A stretch of DNA of 64,000 nucleotides, taken from positions 2,048,001 through 2,112,000 of the forward strand of contig OX638340.1 of NCBI GenBank assembly GCA_951812955.1. The letters run 5' to 3'. The notes below the pieces were generated by a model. That model did not search any database, was not told the DNA's origin, and worked only from the letters and a program-made list of their open reading frames with translations. Positions 37,712-48,192 of the stretch are shown here, in pieces. Numbering within the stretch: position 1 is the stretch's first letter; every line of letters begins with the position of its first letter. A program made the position numbers and the translations under genes. Source of the stretch: an uncultured Gemmatimonadota bacterium. GTDB taxonomy: Bacteria > JAAXHH01.

Positions 37712-40700
37712 ATGTGGTCAAAGATAAAAACAGGGATCGGCATCACCATAGCACTGCTGATGTTGTCCTCGGTCACCATATTCCATCCCAAGGATATTAC
37801 CGAGAACATCCTGATGAAGCTGATCTCCCTGCCCGAACCCCAGGAGATTCAGCCCTTCCTTGGCCACGACCGTCCCCTCGAGGAGGCCCTGCGGGCGGTC
37901 AGCGCAGATTCGATCTCAAACACGGTAAAAACCCTCTCTTCCTATACTTCCCGCGTCGTGGGCTACGCCGGCGCCGATTCAGCCTACGAGTACCTGAAGG
38001 CCGAGTTTGAAGAGATCGGACTGGAGGACATCCGCACGGAGACGTTCCCGGTCACGGTGCCTATGGACAAGGGCTCGAAACTGACGGTGCTGGAGACAGG
38101 CGAGGTAATCCCGCTTCATGCCCTCTGGCCGAATCTCGTGCGCACGCCGACCACCCCCAGGGACGGCCTGACCGGCCCGATCGTCTACGGCGGCAAGGGG
38201 GAATTCGGCGAATTCAACGGGTACGACATCCAGGGCAGCGTCGTACTCATGGATTTCGACTCGCAGGACCGGTTCATCAACGCCCGGATGCTGGGCGCCA
38301 GCGCCATCGTATTCTTCGACAACGGACGGGTGACGCGGAGCGAAGCAGAACTCAAATTCATGGGGCTTCCGCTGAACGTACCCCGCTACTGGGTAGACAA
38401 GGCGCACGTACCCGGCCTGCTGGAACTTGCCGAATCCGGAACGAACCAGGTGAATGTCCAGGCCCGTATGGAATGGGAGGTCGTGGAAGGAAAGAACATC
38501 TTCGGCTGGATTCCCGGCCTTGACGAGGAAATGCCAAACGCCCGGGACGAGACCCGCACAAAATGGAAGGACTACACGATCGTCATCGAGTCCTACTATG
38601 ACGCCATGTCGGTGGTCCCGGGTCTGGCGCCCGGTGCGGAAAGCGCCACCGGCGTCGCCGCGCTGCTTGAGGTCGCCAGGGCGATGAAGCGGTACAGTCC
38701 CAAGTATTCGGTGGTCATCCTGGCCACGTCCGCTCATTTCATGGGACTGGAAGGGACGCACAACTGGTTGTACCGGCACGGCAGGGCGAGCAGTTACTTC
38801 ATGTCGAGAATCCCCGAGGAAGACAAGATCGATTTCGACATTTTCTTCGGGATCGATCTCTCAAGCCACGATTCCCGCATCGGAAGTTTCGCCTTCGGCA
38901 CCTTCGACAACGCGGCCTGGGCGACCAACCACTACATCAAGAACATCTTCGCGCCTTATTCGAGGAAATTCGCGGGCTACATCCAGGAGGCCTTCGGGGC
39001 CGGGGCGGACTCGGCCAGGTACGTCAACGCCATCGTGCCGCCGCAGCGAACCTGGAAGGACTTCATGCCCGTCAAGCTGGGGCTGGACAGCGAGGCCGTC
39101 ACGTACTTCGGCAAGAAGGGCATGTCCTTCGTCACACCGAACGGGACCCGTGGCCTGGTGGACACGCCCCAGGACCGATTCGAGTCGGTCAACATCGACA
39201 ATATCACCGAGCAGGCGCGTTCCCTCGCGGTCATGCTCGCCCGGGCCTCCACCGACGGCGAACTCTTCGAGGAGACCAAGCTCAAGATCCAGGACACGGC
39301 CCATGACATGGCGGGCACCGTTTATGAATTCGACCGGGACGTCAATTTCTTCGTCCCCAAGAAACCCATCCCCGGCGCGCTGGTCACCTACTTCAAGAGC
39401 CTGACCAATACGGGCGTGCGGGGCATCCTGATCAACAAGGCCGATTCCCTGGGCCGTTTCAACTTCCGTCCGCTGAAACAGCAGAAGGGTCCGATCAAGC
39501 TTCGGTCGTACGCCCTTGACGACGAGGGCGAGATCATCTACGCGCCGGACCTGGGCCAGGAAGGCGACAAGACCTTCCCCCTGAACGCGGCGAGCGGCGC
39601 AAACGAGAACACCACCCTCCAGATCGTTTTCCGCGCCAAGGCCCTCGACGTGTACGAGATCATCGACTCCCGTTACCTGACCGCGCTGGACCAGTTGACC
39701 GTCCTGGCGCAGAACGACGCCGAGCCCCAGTGGTACGGCCACAGTTACATTGAAAAGCAGAGCGGCTCGGAGGGTCGGACCGTGCCCGCGGCCGTCGTCT
39801 TCGCCAAGCCGGGCCAACACGTCAAGCTGCTCATGAGCACAAGCCTCTTCGGCGTCAAGTACCTGTTGACCAACGCGCCTGATTCCTTCCTGAAGGACCC
39901 CGTCGAGCCGGGCGAAGTGACTCTGGAACTCCTGGAACAGGCCCAGGGACAGGGCTACCCGATCGACCAGGGGCTGATCGTAAATCCGTCCTACCAGGGC
40001 ACGCGGGACATGTGGGTCGTGGACGACGTCCGGCTCAAGCAACTCGCGCGCTTCGGCGTGGAGAACCAGCGCATCGAGCAATTGCACGAACAGGCGCGCG
40101 TCACCCTCCTCGAGGCGGAGGAGCACCTCGCGAACAGGGAGTACGACGCCTTCATCTCCAAGTCGCGTGAGGCCTGGGGCCTCGAGGCGCGGGGCTACCC
40201 GGAGGTCAAGTCCACGGCGGACGACACGGTCAAGGGCGTGATCTTCTATTTCATCCTGCTCATCCCCTTTTCCTTCTTCATGGAACGTCTGGTCTTCGGT
40301 TTTCCGACGATCAACAAGCGGATCTTCGGTTTCTCCGTCTTCTTCATTGCGGTTTTTCTCGTGCTGCAGCTGGTACATCCCGCCTTCAAGCTCAGCACGT
40401 CGCCCTACGTCATCTTCCTGGCCTTCGTCATCTTCGCGCTGGGGACGACCGTGCTCATCATCGTCCTGTCGAAGTTCAACCAGGAAGTACAGAAGATCAA
40501 GCGCGCGCAGACCGGCATGCACGAGGCCGACATCGGCCGGTTGAGCGCCACGGCCGTAGCCCTGTCGCTGGGCGTTTCCAATCTGCGCAAGCGAAAGGTC
40601 CGCACGGCCCTCACGGCGGCCACCATCACGCTGCTCACTTTTACCGTGCTGTCCTTCACGTCCATCACGACGTCGCTGAGATACTACAAGCTGGAACGGT

Positions 40701-42340
40701 ACAACGAACCGACCTATGAAGGGACGCTGGTCCGGGACCGTAACTGGAAAGGGCTGCAGCCCTCCGTATACGATTATCTGAAGAGCACTTTCCAAGACAA
40801 GGCCACGCTGATACCCCGCGCCTGGTACATGTCCCAGGTCAAGGGTGAGAAGGGCTTCTTCGCCTTCTCGTCGCCCAGTTCGTCCCGCGAAAGCTACGTG
40901 AACAGCATCCTGGGACTGACGCCGGACGAGCCAAGGGCGACCGGGCTCGATGATTACCTCCTTGGGGGAAGATGGTTCCTGCCCGGCGAACGGGACGCCG
41001 TCATACTGCCCGACGACGTTGCAAGAGTGGTGGGCATCGCGCCGGAAGACGCTGGTTCCGCCTTCGTCGACATGTTCGGCATGCGGCTGCAGGTCGTCGG
41101 CGTGATCGATTCCCGCCGGTTCAACCAGCTCAAGGACCTGGACGACGAAAAGCTCACGCCCGTCGACCTGGTCCAGGAGAAAGGCAAGATCGCGCAGCGC
41201 ATCGGCGAGGACCCCCGCCTGCAGGCCGAATCCCCGCCTGAAGCCTTCATACACCTCGAATCCAATAACGTCATGATCCTGCCGTACGAGACGGTCATGG
41301 ACCTCGATGGAAAGACCTATTCGGTCGCCATCACCGACTTCCTGGACGAGAGCGGGCAGCCGAACCCCGATTTCGATCGCGATATCGAGGACTTCCTCTC
41401 GCGGGTCGCCATGACCATGTTCGTCGGCAAGGACGGTACCGTAAACGTATACAGTTCCATCGGTTCCACCTCCATCGGCGGCATCGGCAACTTCCTCATC
41501 CCCATCCTCGTCGCCGCCATGATCGTGCTGAACACCATGATGGGCGCGGTCCACGAACGCTTCCGGGAGATCGGCGTCTACAGCTCGGTCGGACTGGCGC
41601 CGAGCCATATCGCGGCGCTGTTCCTGGCGGAGTCCTCCGTCTTTGCCACGGTCGGCGCCGTACTGGGCTACCTGGGGGGACAGACCATCACCCTCGTACT
41701 GTCGAATTACGACATCCTCGCCGGTCTTTCGCTGAACTATTCCTCCCTGTCGGCCGTCTGGTCGGTCGTCGTGGTCATGGCCACGGTGTTCCTGTCGACG
41801 GCCTACCCGGCCAAGAGGGCGGCGGACATGGCCGTGCCTGACGTGGGCCGGGAATGGAAATTCCCCGAGCCCGATGGAGACGACTGGAGCTTCGATTTCC
41901 CCTTCACCATCGGAAGCGTCGAGGTACTGGGCATGTACGCCTATCTCACGCGGGTCTTCGAATCCTACGAGGAGGGTTCCCTGGGCGCGTTCGTCACGGA
42001 GAACGTCCGGTTGACCGCCGTGGAAGGCCCATCGGACCAACCCATGTACCACATCTCGATGATGACCTGGCTCGCGCCCTACGACCTGGGTATCAGCCAG
42101 AAGGTTTCTCTCAGTGCCGCGCCGGCGGAAAATGAAAAAGATCTCTACGCCGTGTGGGTGGACATCCACCGCGAGAGCGGCGACGTGGCGTCCTGGCAGC
42201 GCATTAACCGGCGCTTCCTGAGCGTGCTGCGCAAACGCTTCCTGGTCTGGCGCACCCTTTCCCAGGATCTCAAGAACGAATACGCGGCGACTGGGAGGGA
42301 AGCGACCAAAAAGACGCAAGAAGCGGAACTGCCCGTATGA
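37712..42340 (+). CDS. giant fusion protein: N-terminal signal-anchor plus degenerate M28-peptidase-like domain, central unknown domain and 3 TM helices, C-terminal MacB/FtsX-type permease module
   Basis: 1542 aa. The M28-like region ('AESATGVAALLEVARAMKR...VVILATSAHFMGLEGTHNW') has the canonical Asp/Glu-Glu metal ligands substituted. FtsX TM1 is at 'VRTALTAATITLLTFTVLSF', followed by a large extracytoplasmic domain. The FtsX C-terminal 3-TM bundle is at 'GNFLIPILVAAMIVLNTMMGAVHERFREIGVYSSVGLAP...AVWSVVVVMATVFLSTAYPAKRAA'. Confidence 0.8.
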   Translation: MWSKIKTGIGITIALLMLSSVTIFHPKDITENILMKLISLPEPQEIQPFLGHDRPLEEALRAVSADSISNTVKTLSSYTSRVVGYAGADSAYEYLKAEFEEIGLEDIRTETFPVTVPMDKGSKLTVLETGEVIPLHALWPNLVRTPTTPRDGLTGPIVYGGKGEFGEFNGYDIQGSVVLMDFDSQDRFINARMLGASAIVFFDNGRVTRSEAELKFMGLPLNVPRYWVDKAHVPGLLELAESGTNQVNVQARMEWEVVEGKNIFGWIPGLDEEMPNARDETRTKWKDYTIVIESYYDAMSVVPGLAPGAESATGVAALLEVARAMKRYSPKYSVVILATSAHFMGLEGTHNWLYRHGRASSYFMSRIPEEDKIDFDIFFGIDLSSHDSRIGSFAFGTFDNAAWATNHYIKNIFAPYSRKFAGYIQEAFGAGADSARYVNAIVPPQRTWKDFMPVKLGLDSEAVTYFGKKGMSFVTPNGTRGLVDTPQDRFESVNIDNITEQARSLAVMLARASTDGELFEETKLKIQDTAHDMAGTVYEFDRDVNFFVPKKPIPGALVTYFKSLTNTGVRGILINKADSLGRFNFRPLKQQKGPIKLRSYALDDEGEIIYAPDLGQEGDKTFPLNAASGANENTTLQIVFRAKALDVYEIIDSRYLTALDQLTVLAQNDAEPQWYGHSYIEKQSGSEGRTVPAAVVFAKPGQHVKLLMSTSLFGVKYLLTNAPDSFLKDPVEPGEVTLELLEQAQGQGYPIDQGLIVNPSYQGTRDMWVVDDVRLKQLARFGVENQRIEQLHEQARVTLLEAEEHLANREYDAFISKSREAWGLEARGYPEVKSTADDTVKGVIFYFILLIPFSFFMERLVFGFPTINKRIFGFSVFFIAVFLVLQLVHPAFKLSTSPYVIFLAFVIFALGTTVLIIVLSKFNQEVQKIKRAQTGMHEADIGRLSATAVALSLGVSNLRKRKVRTALTAATITLLTFTVLSFTSITTSLRYYKLERYNEPTYEGTLVRDRNWKGLQPSVYDYLKSTFQDKATLIPRAWYMSQVKGEKGFFAFSSPSSSRESYVNSILGLTPDEPRATGLDDYLLGGRWFLPGERDAVILPDDVARVVGIAPEDAGSAFVDMFGMRLQVVGVIDSRRFNQLKDLDDEKLTPVDLVQEKGKIAQRIGEDPRLQAESPPEAFIHLESNNVMILPYETVMDLDGKTYSVAITDFLDESGQPNPDFDRDIEDFLSRVAMTMFVGKDGTVNVYSSIGSTSIGGIGNFLIPILVAAMIVLNTMMGAVHERFREIGVYSSVGLAPSHIAALFLAESSVFATVGAVLGYLGGQTITLVLSNYDILAGLSLNYSSLSAVWSVVVVMATVFLSTAYPAKRAADMAVPDVGREWKFPEPDGDDWSFDFPFTIGSVEVLGMYAYLTRVFESYEEGSLGAFVTENVRLTAVEGPSDQPMYHISMMTWLAPYDLGISQKVSLSAAPAENEKDLYAVWVDIHRESGDVASWQRINRRFLSVLRKRFLVWRTLSQDLKNEYAATGREATKKTQEAELPV

Positions 42341-43245
42341 AGTTCGCCTTCTGCAACGAGATGTTCCGGGACGTGCCCCTCCGGCAGATCTTCCGCACCG
42401 CCGCGGAAATCGGCTACGACGGCGTGGAGATCGCCCCGTTTACGGTGGCCTCTTCGGTGAACCAGGTCGGTCCGGACACACGGAAGGCGATCCGCGACGA
42501 CGCAGCGGAATTCGGACTGGAGATCACGGGACTCCACTGGCTCCTGCTCAGTCCGGAAGGCCTTTATCTGAACCACCCCGACGACGGCATCCGGTACTGC
42601 ACCCGGCTGTATCTCTGCGACCTGATCAAATTCTGCGGTGACATTGGGGGCCGGGTCATGGTGGCCGGGTCACCGAAGCAGCGCGACGTGCTGCCGGACC
42701 AGACCTACGAGGCGACCTGGGAACGGACCCGTCAGGCATACCTGGAATGCCTGCCCGCGGCGGAGGAACACGGGGTGACCATCTGCCTCGAGCCCCTGGA
42801 CAGCGCCCAGACCAATTTCATCAACACCCCAGCCGAAGCCGCCCGGATGGTCCGGGAGATCGATCATCCGAATTTCCGCATGATCATCGACGTGCGGGCG
42901 ACCCTGTGCCAGGGTCTGGACGCAGCCGCGGCCATTCACGAGCATAAGGACGATATGGCCTACGTCCACTTCAACGACGCCAGCGGCAACGGCCCGGGTT
43001 TCGGAGAAACCGATTTCACGCCCATTCTGCAGGCGCTTCGAGACACCGGATACGAAGGGTACGGTTCGGTGGAGGTGTTCGACTATTCCTACGGAGCGGA
43101 GCACATCGCCAGGAAGAGCCTCGAGACGTTGAAGACGGCCTGGGCGGCAACGGACGCTGCGGAAGAGGGGGCGGCGACGGACGCGGCGGGTGAGCGCGCG
43201 ACCGGGCCGGATCAGGACGCGGCGGAAGAGGGGGCGGCCCGTTGA
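42337..43245 (+). CDS. sugar phosphate isomerase/epimerase (xylose isomerase-like TIM barrel) with acidic Ala/Glu-rich C-terminal tail
   Basis: AP-endonuclease-2/xylose isomerase-like TIM barrel motifs ('GYDGVEI', 'ICLEPL', 'HFND'); ATGA overlap with upstream giant gene. Confidence 0.7.
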   Translation: MKFAFCNEMFRDVPLRQIFRTAAEIGYDGVEIAPFTVASSVNQVGPDTRKAIRDDAAEFGLEITGLHWLLLSPEGLYLNHPDDGIRYCTRLYLCDLIKFCGDIGGRVMVAGSPKQRDVLPDQTYEATWERTRQAYLECLPAAEEHGVTICLEPLDSAQTNFINTPAEAARMVREIDHPNFRMIIDVRATLCQGLDAAAAIHEHKDDMAYVHFNDASGNGPGFGETDFTPILQALRDTGYEGYGSVEVFDYSYGAEHIARKSLETLKTAWAATDAAEEGAATDAAGERATGPDQDAAEEGAAR

Positions 43246-43775
43246 AACAACAGGTCCTCGATAAGGACGGTATCGACCGGGCAGTGTCCCGTATCGCCCG
43301 CCAGATCCTGGAACGCAACAAGGGCGCGTCCGGCATCGTCATCGTCGGCATCCAGCGGCGTGGAGACTGGATCGCGCGGCGGCTGGCCGGCGCCATATGC
43401 GAGGCGGAAGACACGGCCGTTCCGGTCGGCGTACTGGACATCAACCTGTACCGGGACGACCTCCAGGTCCGCGCGGACTACCCCGTCGTCCGCACCACGG
43501 ACATCCCTTTCGACATCGAAGGGCGCACTGTCATCCTGGTCGACGATGTCCTCTACACCGGCCGAACCATCCGGGCAGCGCTGGACGAATTGAAGGATTT
43601 CGGCAGGGCACGGCGCATCGAGCTCGCCGTTCTAATCGAACGGGAGGGCAGGGAACTTCCCATCCAGGCGGATTACGTGGGTGAGCATATCGAAGTCGGC
43701 GCCGGCAGGACCGTGGTGGTGCACGTCCATGAGCTGGACCGGGACGACAACGTCGCGGTGGAGGAGGCGGTGTGA
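43242..43775 (+). CDS. pyrR: bifunctional pyrimidine operon regulator/uracil phosphoribosyltransferase
   Basis: PRT motif 'VILVDDVLYTGRT'; pyrR-pyrB-pyrC order. Confidence 0.85.
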   Translation: MKQQVLDKDGIDRAVSRIARQILERNKGASGIVIVGIQRRGDWIARRLAGAICEAEDTAVPVGVLDINLYRDDLQVRADYPVVRTTDIPFDIEGRTVILVDDVLYTGRTIRAALDELKDFGRARRIELAVLIEREGRELPIQADYVGEHIEVGAGRTVVVHVHELDRDDNVAVEEAV

Positions 43776-44731
43776 TGAGTGAAGATCATCTATACGCGCT
43801 GCGCCACCGGCACCTGATCGGCCTCGAGGACTACTCCCATGCTGAAATCCGCCTTATCCTGGATACGGCGGACTCCTTCAAGGAAGTGATCCGGCGGCCC
43901 ATACGCAAGGTACCCGCCCTGCGGGGGAAGAACGTCGTCAACCTCTTCTTCGAATCGAGCACCCGCACGCGGCTGTCCTTCGAACTGGCCGAGAAGCAGC
44001 TCTCTGCGGACACACTGAATTTCGCTTCCACCGGCAGCAGCGTTTCCAAGGGAGAATCCCTGGGCGACACGGCGCGGAACATAGAGGCCATGCAGGTGGA
44101 CTGCGTGGTGGTGCGTCATGCCGCGGCGGGCGCACCCCTTTTCCTTTCGCAGTGCCTGTCGAACGCGGTCGTCATCAACGCGGGCGACGGCGCCCACGAA
44201 CATCCCACACAGGGCCTGCTGGACCTCTTGACCATGCGGGACGCGCTGGGCGGACTGGAAGGCCTGAAGGTCGTGCTCGTCGGCGACATCGCCCACAGCC
44301 GGGTGGCGCGATCCAACATATGGGGACTCCGGAAAATGGGCGCCCGCGTCGTCGTCTGCGGTCCGCCCACGCTGATCCCCGTCGACATCGAAGATATGGG
44401 CGTGGAGGTATGCTACCGGGTCGAGGACGCCCTCCGCGACGCCGACGTGGTCTACGCCCTGCGGATACAGCTTGAAAGACAGCACGAAGCCTTCTTCCCT
44501 TCGCTCCGCGAATACACACGGTTGTTCGGCATCGACCCCGAACGGCTGGAACTCGCGAAGCCCGGCGCCGTCGTCATGCATCCCGGACCCATCAACCGCG
44601 GCGTGGAACTCGACAGCCGGGTGGCGGACAGCGGCAGGTCGGTCATCCTGGACCAGGTGACCAATGGGGTCGCCGTTCGCATGGCGGTCCTCTATCTCCT
44701 CAACGGCGGAGGCGAGCGCGATGCGGCCTGA
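43772..44731 (+). CDS. pyrB: aspartate carbamoyltransferase catalytic subunit
   Basis: 'FFESSTRTR' and 'HPTQ' carbamoyltransferase motifs. Confidence 0.9.
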   Translation: MMSEDHLYALRHRHLIGLEDYSHAEIRLILDTADSFKEVIRRPIRKVPALRGKNVVNLFFESSTRTRLSFELAEKQLSADTLNFASTGSSVSKGESLGDTARNIEAMQVDCVVVRHAAAGAPLFLSQCLSNAVVINAGDGAHEHPTQGLLDLLTMRDALGGLEGLKVVLVGDIAHSRVARSNIWGLRKMGARVVVCGPPTLIPVDIEDMGVEVCYRVEDALRDADVVYALRIQLERQHEAFFPSLREYTRLFGIDPERLELAKPGAVVMHPGPINRGVELDSRVADSGRSVILDQVTNGVAVRMAVLYLLNGGGERDAA

Positions 44732-46046
44732 CGGACCGGATACATCCGGAAGCGCGGGGATCACGGAGATCCGCAACGGACGCATCATCGATCCCGCTTC
44801 CGGCCGTGACGAACAGGGCGATCTCTGGATCCGCGAGGGAAGGATCGTCGATCGGCCCGCGGACGGCGATGCAAAGGGCGCCACCGTCATTGACGCTACC
44901 GGCCAACTCGTCCTGCCCGGTCTGGTCGATATGCACGTCCACCTCTGCGAACCCGGATACGAATACAGGGAAACCCTTGAAAGCGGGGCGCTCGCGGCCG
45001 TCGCGGGCGGCATCACCGGCGTGGCGTGTATGCCGGATACCGATCCGGTCGTCGACGACGCGCCCGCCGTGAGATTCGTTCGAGCCCGGGCAGCCGGAGC
45101 GGCGGCGAAGGTTTATCCTATTGCCGCGCTCACGGCCGGAAGAGCGGGAGAACGCCTGACCGAAATAGGCGAACTGGCCGAGGCTGGCGCCGTGGCGCTG
45201 TCCGAAGCGGACCGGTCCATCCGGAATCCAGCCATCCTGCGGCGCGCCTTCGAATACGGCCGGATGTTCGACCTGCCCATCATCGTGCACTGCGAAGACC
45301 CGTCGCTCTCCGCCGGCGGCGTCATGCACGAAGGAAGCCACGCAACCCGGCTGGGCCTGAAGGGCATACCCTCCATCGCGGAAGAAACCGTCGTGGCAAG
45401 GGACCTCATGCTGGCGGAGTGGACGGGCGGGCGGATCCACATCACCCAGGCCAGTACGGCCGTGACGGCCGGTCTCATAAGAGCGGCTAAGCAGCGGGGC
45501 GTCAACGTGACCGCCGATGTCAGTCCTCACCACCTGGCGCTGACCGATGAAGCGCTGTCCACGTTCGATACCCATCTGAAAACCAACCCGCCCCTCAGGA
45601 GCAAGGCGGACGTCGACGCGCTCCGGGAGGGCCTGGCGGACGGGACCATCGACGCCATCGCATCGGATCACACGCCGCGGTCCGTGGACGAAAAGAACAC
45701 GGAGTTCCAGGAAGCGCTGTCAGGCGCCACGGGTCTTGAAACCATGCTGGCCGTCGTGTTTACCGAGATGGTCGGACCCGGCCTGCTGACCCTGAACGAC
45801 GCGGTGAGGGTCATGTCCACGTCCCCCGCGGGAATACTGGGGATTGAAGGCGGCAGCCTGTCTTCCGGCGCTCCGGCCGACCTCACCCTCTTCGACCCGG
45901 ATGGAACCTGGACCGTGGACCCCGCGTCCTTTAAATCAAGATCCGCCAATACGCCTTTCGCTGGCCGCGAACTGAAAGGAAGCGTAACGGTAACCATCGT
46001 CGGCGGCCAGGTAAGATACCGGCGCGATGGTCCCGAATCATCTTGA
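44721..46046 (+). CDS. pyrC: dihydroorotase (pyrC, amidohydrolase type)
   Basis: 'GLVDMHVHL' metal-binding motif, 'ASDHTP' motif; 11-nt overlap with pyrB. Confidence 0.85.
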   Translation: MRPDGPDTSGSAGITEIRNGRIIDPASGRDEQGDLWIREGRIVDRPADGDAKGATVIDATGQLVLPGLVDMHVHLCEPGYEYRETLESGALAAVAGGITGVACMPDTDPVVDDAPAVRFVRARAAGAAAKVYPIAALTAGRAGERLTEIGELAEAGAVALSEADRSIRNPAILRRAFEYGRMFDLPIIVHCEDPSLSAGGVMHEGSHATRLGLKGIPSIAEETVVARDLMLAEWTGGRIHITQASTAVTAGLIRAAKQRGVNVTADVSPHHLALTDEALSTFDTHLKTNPPLRSKADVDALREGLADGTIDAIASDHTPRSVDEKNTEFQEALSGATGLETMLAVVFTEMVGPGLLTLNDAVRVMSTSPAGILGIEGGSLSSGAPADLTLFDPDGTWTVDPASFKSRSANTPFAGRELKGSVTVTIVGGQVRYRRDGPESS

Positions 46047-46177
46047 CTGTGAGGCGTCAATTACGTAGATTTAAACGTCTGTGTTATTTTGATTTCACCG
46101 GAATCGCTCATTAAAATGCGTACCCATGGCAGGCCTCGAAGATGCGCAGTCGACGTACCTGTCGAAAGGAGTCTCTA

Positions 46178-47377
46178 ATGTTATTCAGGAAAGTTGGCAT
46201 CTGCGTTTTGTTTGCCCTCGGGTTCGCCATGCTGGTACCCGTCGCGGCCGACGCGCAGAAAATCGAACTACGTTCCGCGAAAATCTACATCCGCGAAACA
46301 CCGCCCCAGTGGGACAAGGCCATGGAACTGCTCGAGACCGCATTGGAAAAGGATCCGGGCAACAACGACGCCCACTATCTCCTCGGGCTAATTCATTACT
46401 ACCAGGGAAATTTCGACCTGATGTTCCATAATTGGAAAGCGGTTACCTTTGACGATCTGGACAGGCAAGACAAAAGCCGGTACAGGGATACCCTGACCTC
46501 GATGATCCGCAGGAACTACGAGACGGCCACGCGAAACTATGAACAAGGTGTATTCGCGGAAGCGGCCGTTTACTACAGTCGTTCCGTCGACGCGACCTCG
46601 ATGCTGCAGGACATGTTGCGATCAACAGGCAAGAATGATGATGCAAAGACCGCCGACGAGCTGGATCCCGCCAAGCAACAGGGCTACCTGTACTGGGGTT
46701 ACGCCGCCCTGGCCGCGGAAGATTATGAAGATGCCGGGATGGCGCTGGAGACACTTCTCGAATCGGACCCGAACAAGTTCGAAGCCTGGGACGGCCTGGT
46801 CAACGTGTACTTCAACACACAAAACTGGGACAAGGTGATCACGGCCTCCGACAAGGTCATCGGTTTGTCTGAAGAAGTGGATCTCAACGCCTTCCTCATC
46901 ATGCGCAACGCCTATTTCGCACAAGCCGACACGGCCGGTGTGATCTCGTCGTACGAGCGGGCGATCGCAGCGTTTCCGGAAGAAAAGTCGCTGTACCGGG
47001 ACGTCAGTTCGATCCATGTCACCCGGAGCAACCTGGGTATGGCGATCGAAGTGCTGGAAAGGGGACACGCCGCCCTTCCCGAGGACATCGATTTGCTGAG
47101 TTACCTGGGAACCCACTATTACAACAAGGCGTTGTCCGATCGGGATGCCGGAAACAGTGAAGCCGCCCTGTCGGCGTTTCAGGGTTCGGTGGACAGCATG
47201 AACAAACTATTGGTGCTGCAGCCGAATAACATCGAAGCCTACGATGTACTCGGCGATGCCTATATCGGACTGGCCAGCATCGAAACCGACGAGGCCAAGA
47301 AAATGGAGTTGTTTACCAAGGGAGAAGCATACCAGAAGAAGAAACTGGAACTGATCACTTCGGGAGACGGCATGTAG
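46178..47377 (+). CDS. secreted TPR-repeat protein
   Basis: signal peptide 'MLFRKVGICVLFALGFAMLVPVAADA', multiple TPR-like helical repeats; AAAGGAG RBS. Confidence 0.7.
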   Translation: MLFRKVGICVLFALGFAMLVPVAADAQKIELRSAKIYIRETPPQWDKAMELLETALEKDPGNNDAHYLLGLIHYYQGNFDLMFHNWKAVTFDDLDRQDKSRYRDTLTSMIRRNYETATRNYEQGVFAEAAVYYSRSVDATSMLQDMLRSTGKNDDAKTADELDPAKQQGYLYWGYAALAAEDYEDAGMALETLLESDPNKFEAWDGLVNVYFNTQNWDKVITASDKVIGLSEEVDLNAFLIMRNAYFAQADTAGVISSYERAIAAFPEEKSLYRDVSSIHVTRSNLGMAIEVLERGHAALPEDIDLLSYLGTHYYNKALSDRDAGNSEAALSAFQGSVDSMNKLLVLQPNNIEAYDVLGDAYIGLASIETDEAKKMELFTKGEAYQKKKLELITSGDGM

Positions 47378-47694
47378 ATCCCGGGGATGGTCCCCGGCGG
47401 TCGAACAAGCGGCAAAAGCAACTGGTTCTGGAGAGGATTCCGGGGGTTCCCGGAATCCTCTTTTGATTCGACCAATTTGATTGACACCCCTATGGCTACC
47501 TCCTATACTACCGTTGCCTTTGTCCCATGTCCTTCAGTCGAACAGTCCGATCGATCCTGGACAGGACGACGTGTTTCAGGCTCATGAGACGGTTCCTGGA
47601 CACGGGATCGCACGTTTGCATACCGGTATCCGCGTACCGCGATCCACATTTCCGGACCTTCATGCCATTCGCCTTGCCAATATGGGCGCCGACC

Positions 47695-48192
47695 ATGCGA
47701 TTTGATTTTCCAATATATAAGCCGTGCCATGTTGCGGCGATCGTTCTCTGCCTTGTGTTCGGCATGTTTGCCGGGGGCTGCGGTCTATTTACATCGGCGA
47801 GAAACGTACCCGCCGCGACGCCGGAGGCTCAACCCGAAGTGTCGGAGACCGATGATGTAACACCGGGACCGGAAACCGGGCTGTCCGGTGATCCGGCCGA
47901 ACCGGCCGCCGAGACCTCGACGGCCACTCCTGTTGCGGAACCCACCGAGGGATACAGGGTCCAGCTCTATTCGTTTACGAACCGCGAGGCGGCCGAAGCC
48001 GCGTTAGAGCGGGTGAAGCGAACGCTGGAGGAGTGGTCTTACGGTGTTTACCTGCAAGAAGAAACCGGAAGCTTCAAGGTCCGCGTGGGTGACTTCGTAG
48101 AGAAGGCAGATGCCGACTTATTGCGAGACTGGTTCAGAGACAAGGGCTTTGTCGATGCCTGGACAGCCAGTACGCTGGTTCGTGCGCCCTGA
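47695..48192 (+). CDS. SPOR-domain lipoprotein
   Basis: lipobox 'FAGGCG'; Pro/Glu/Thr-rich linker; C-terminal SPOR domain 'GYRVQLYSFTNREAAEAALERVK...FKVRVGDFVEKADADLL'. Confidence 0.6.
   Translation: MRFDFPIYKPCHVAAIVLCLVFGMFAGGCGLFTSARNVPAATPEAQPEVSETDDVTPGPETGLSGDPAEPAAETSTATPVAEPTEGYRVQLYSFTNREAAEAALERVKRTLEEWSYGVYLQEETGSFKVRVGDFVEKADADLLRDWFRDKGFVDAWTASTLVRAP

Noticed and set aside
38861-42319. 1152-aa ORF on the minus strand, antisense to the 1542-aa permease-fusion gene
   Set aside because: It is Arg/Gly/Asp-rich low-complexity sequence without motifs. This is typical of spurious antisense ORFs in ~65% GC DNA, and the sense-strand gene has clear FtsX/M28 domain signatures.
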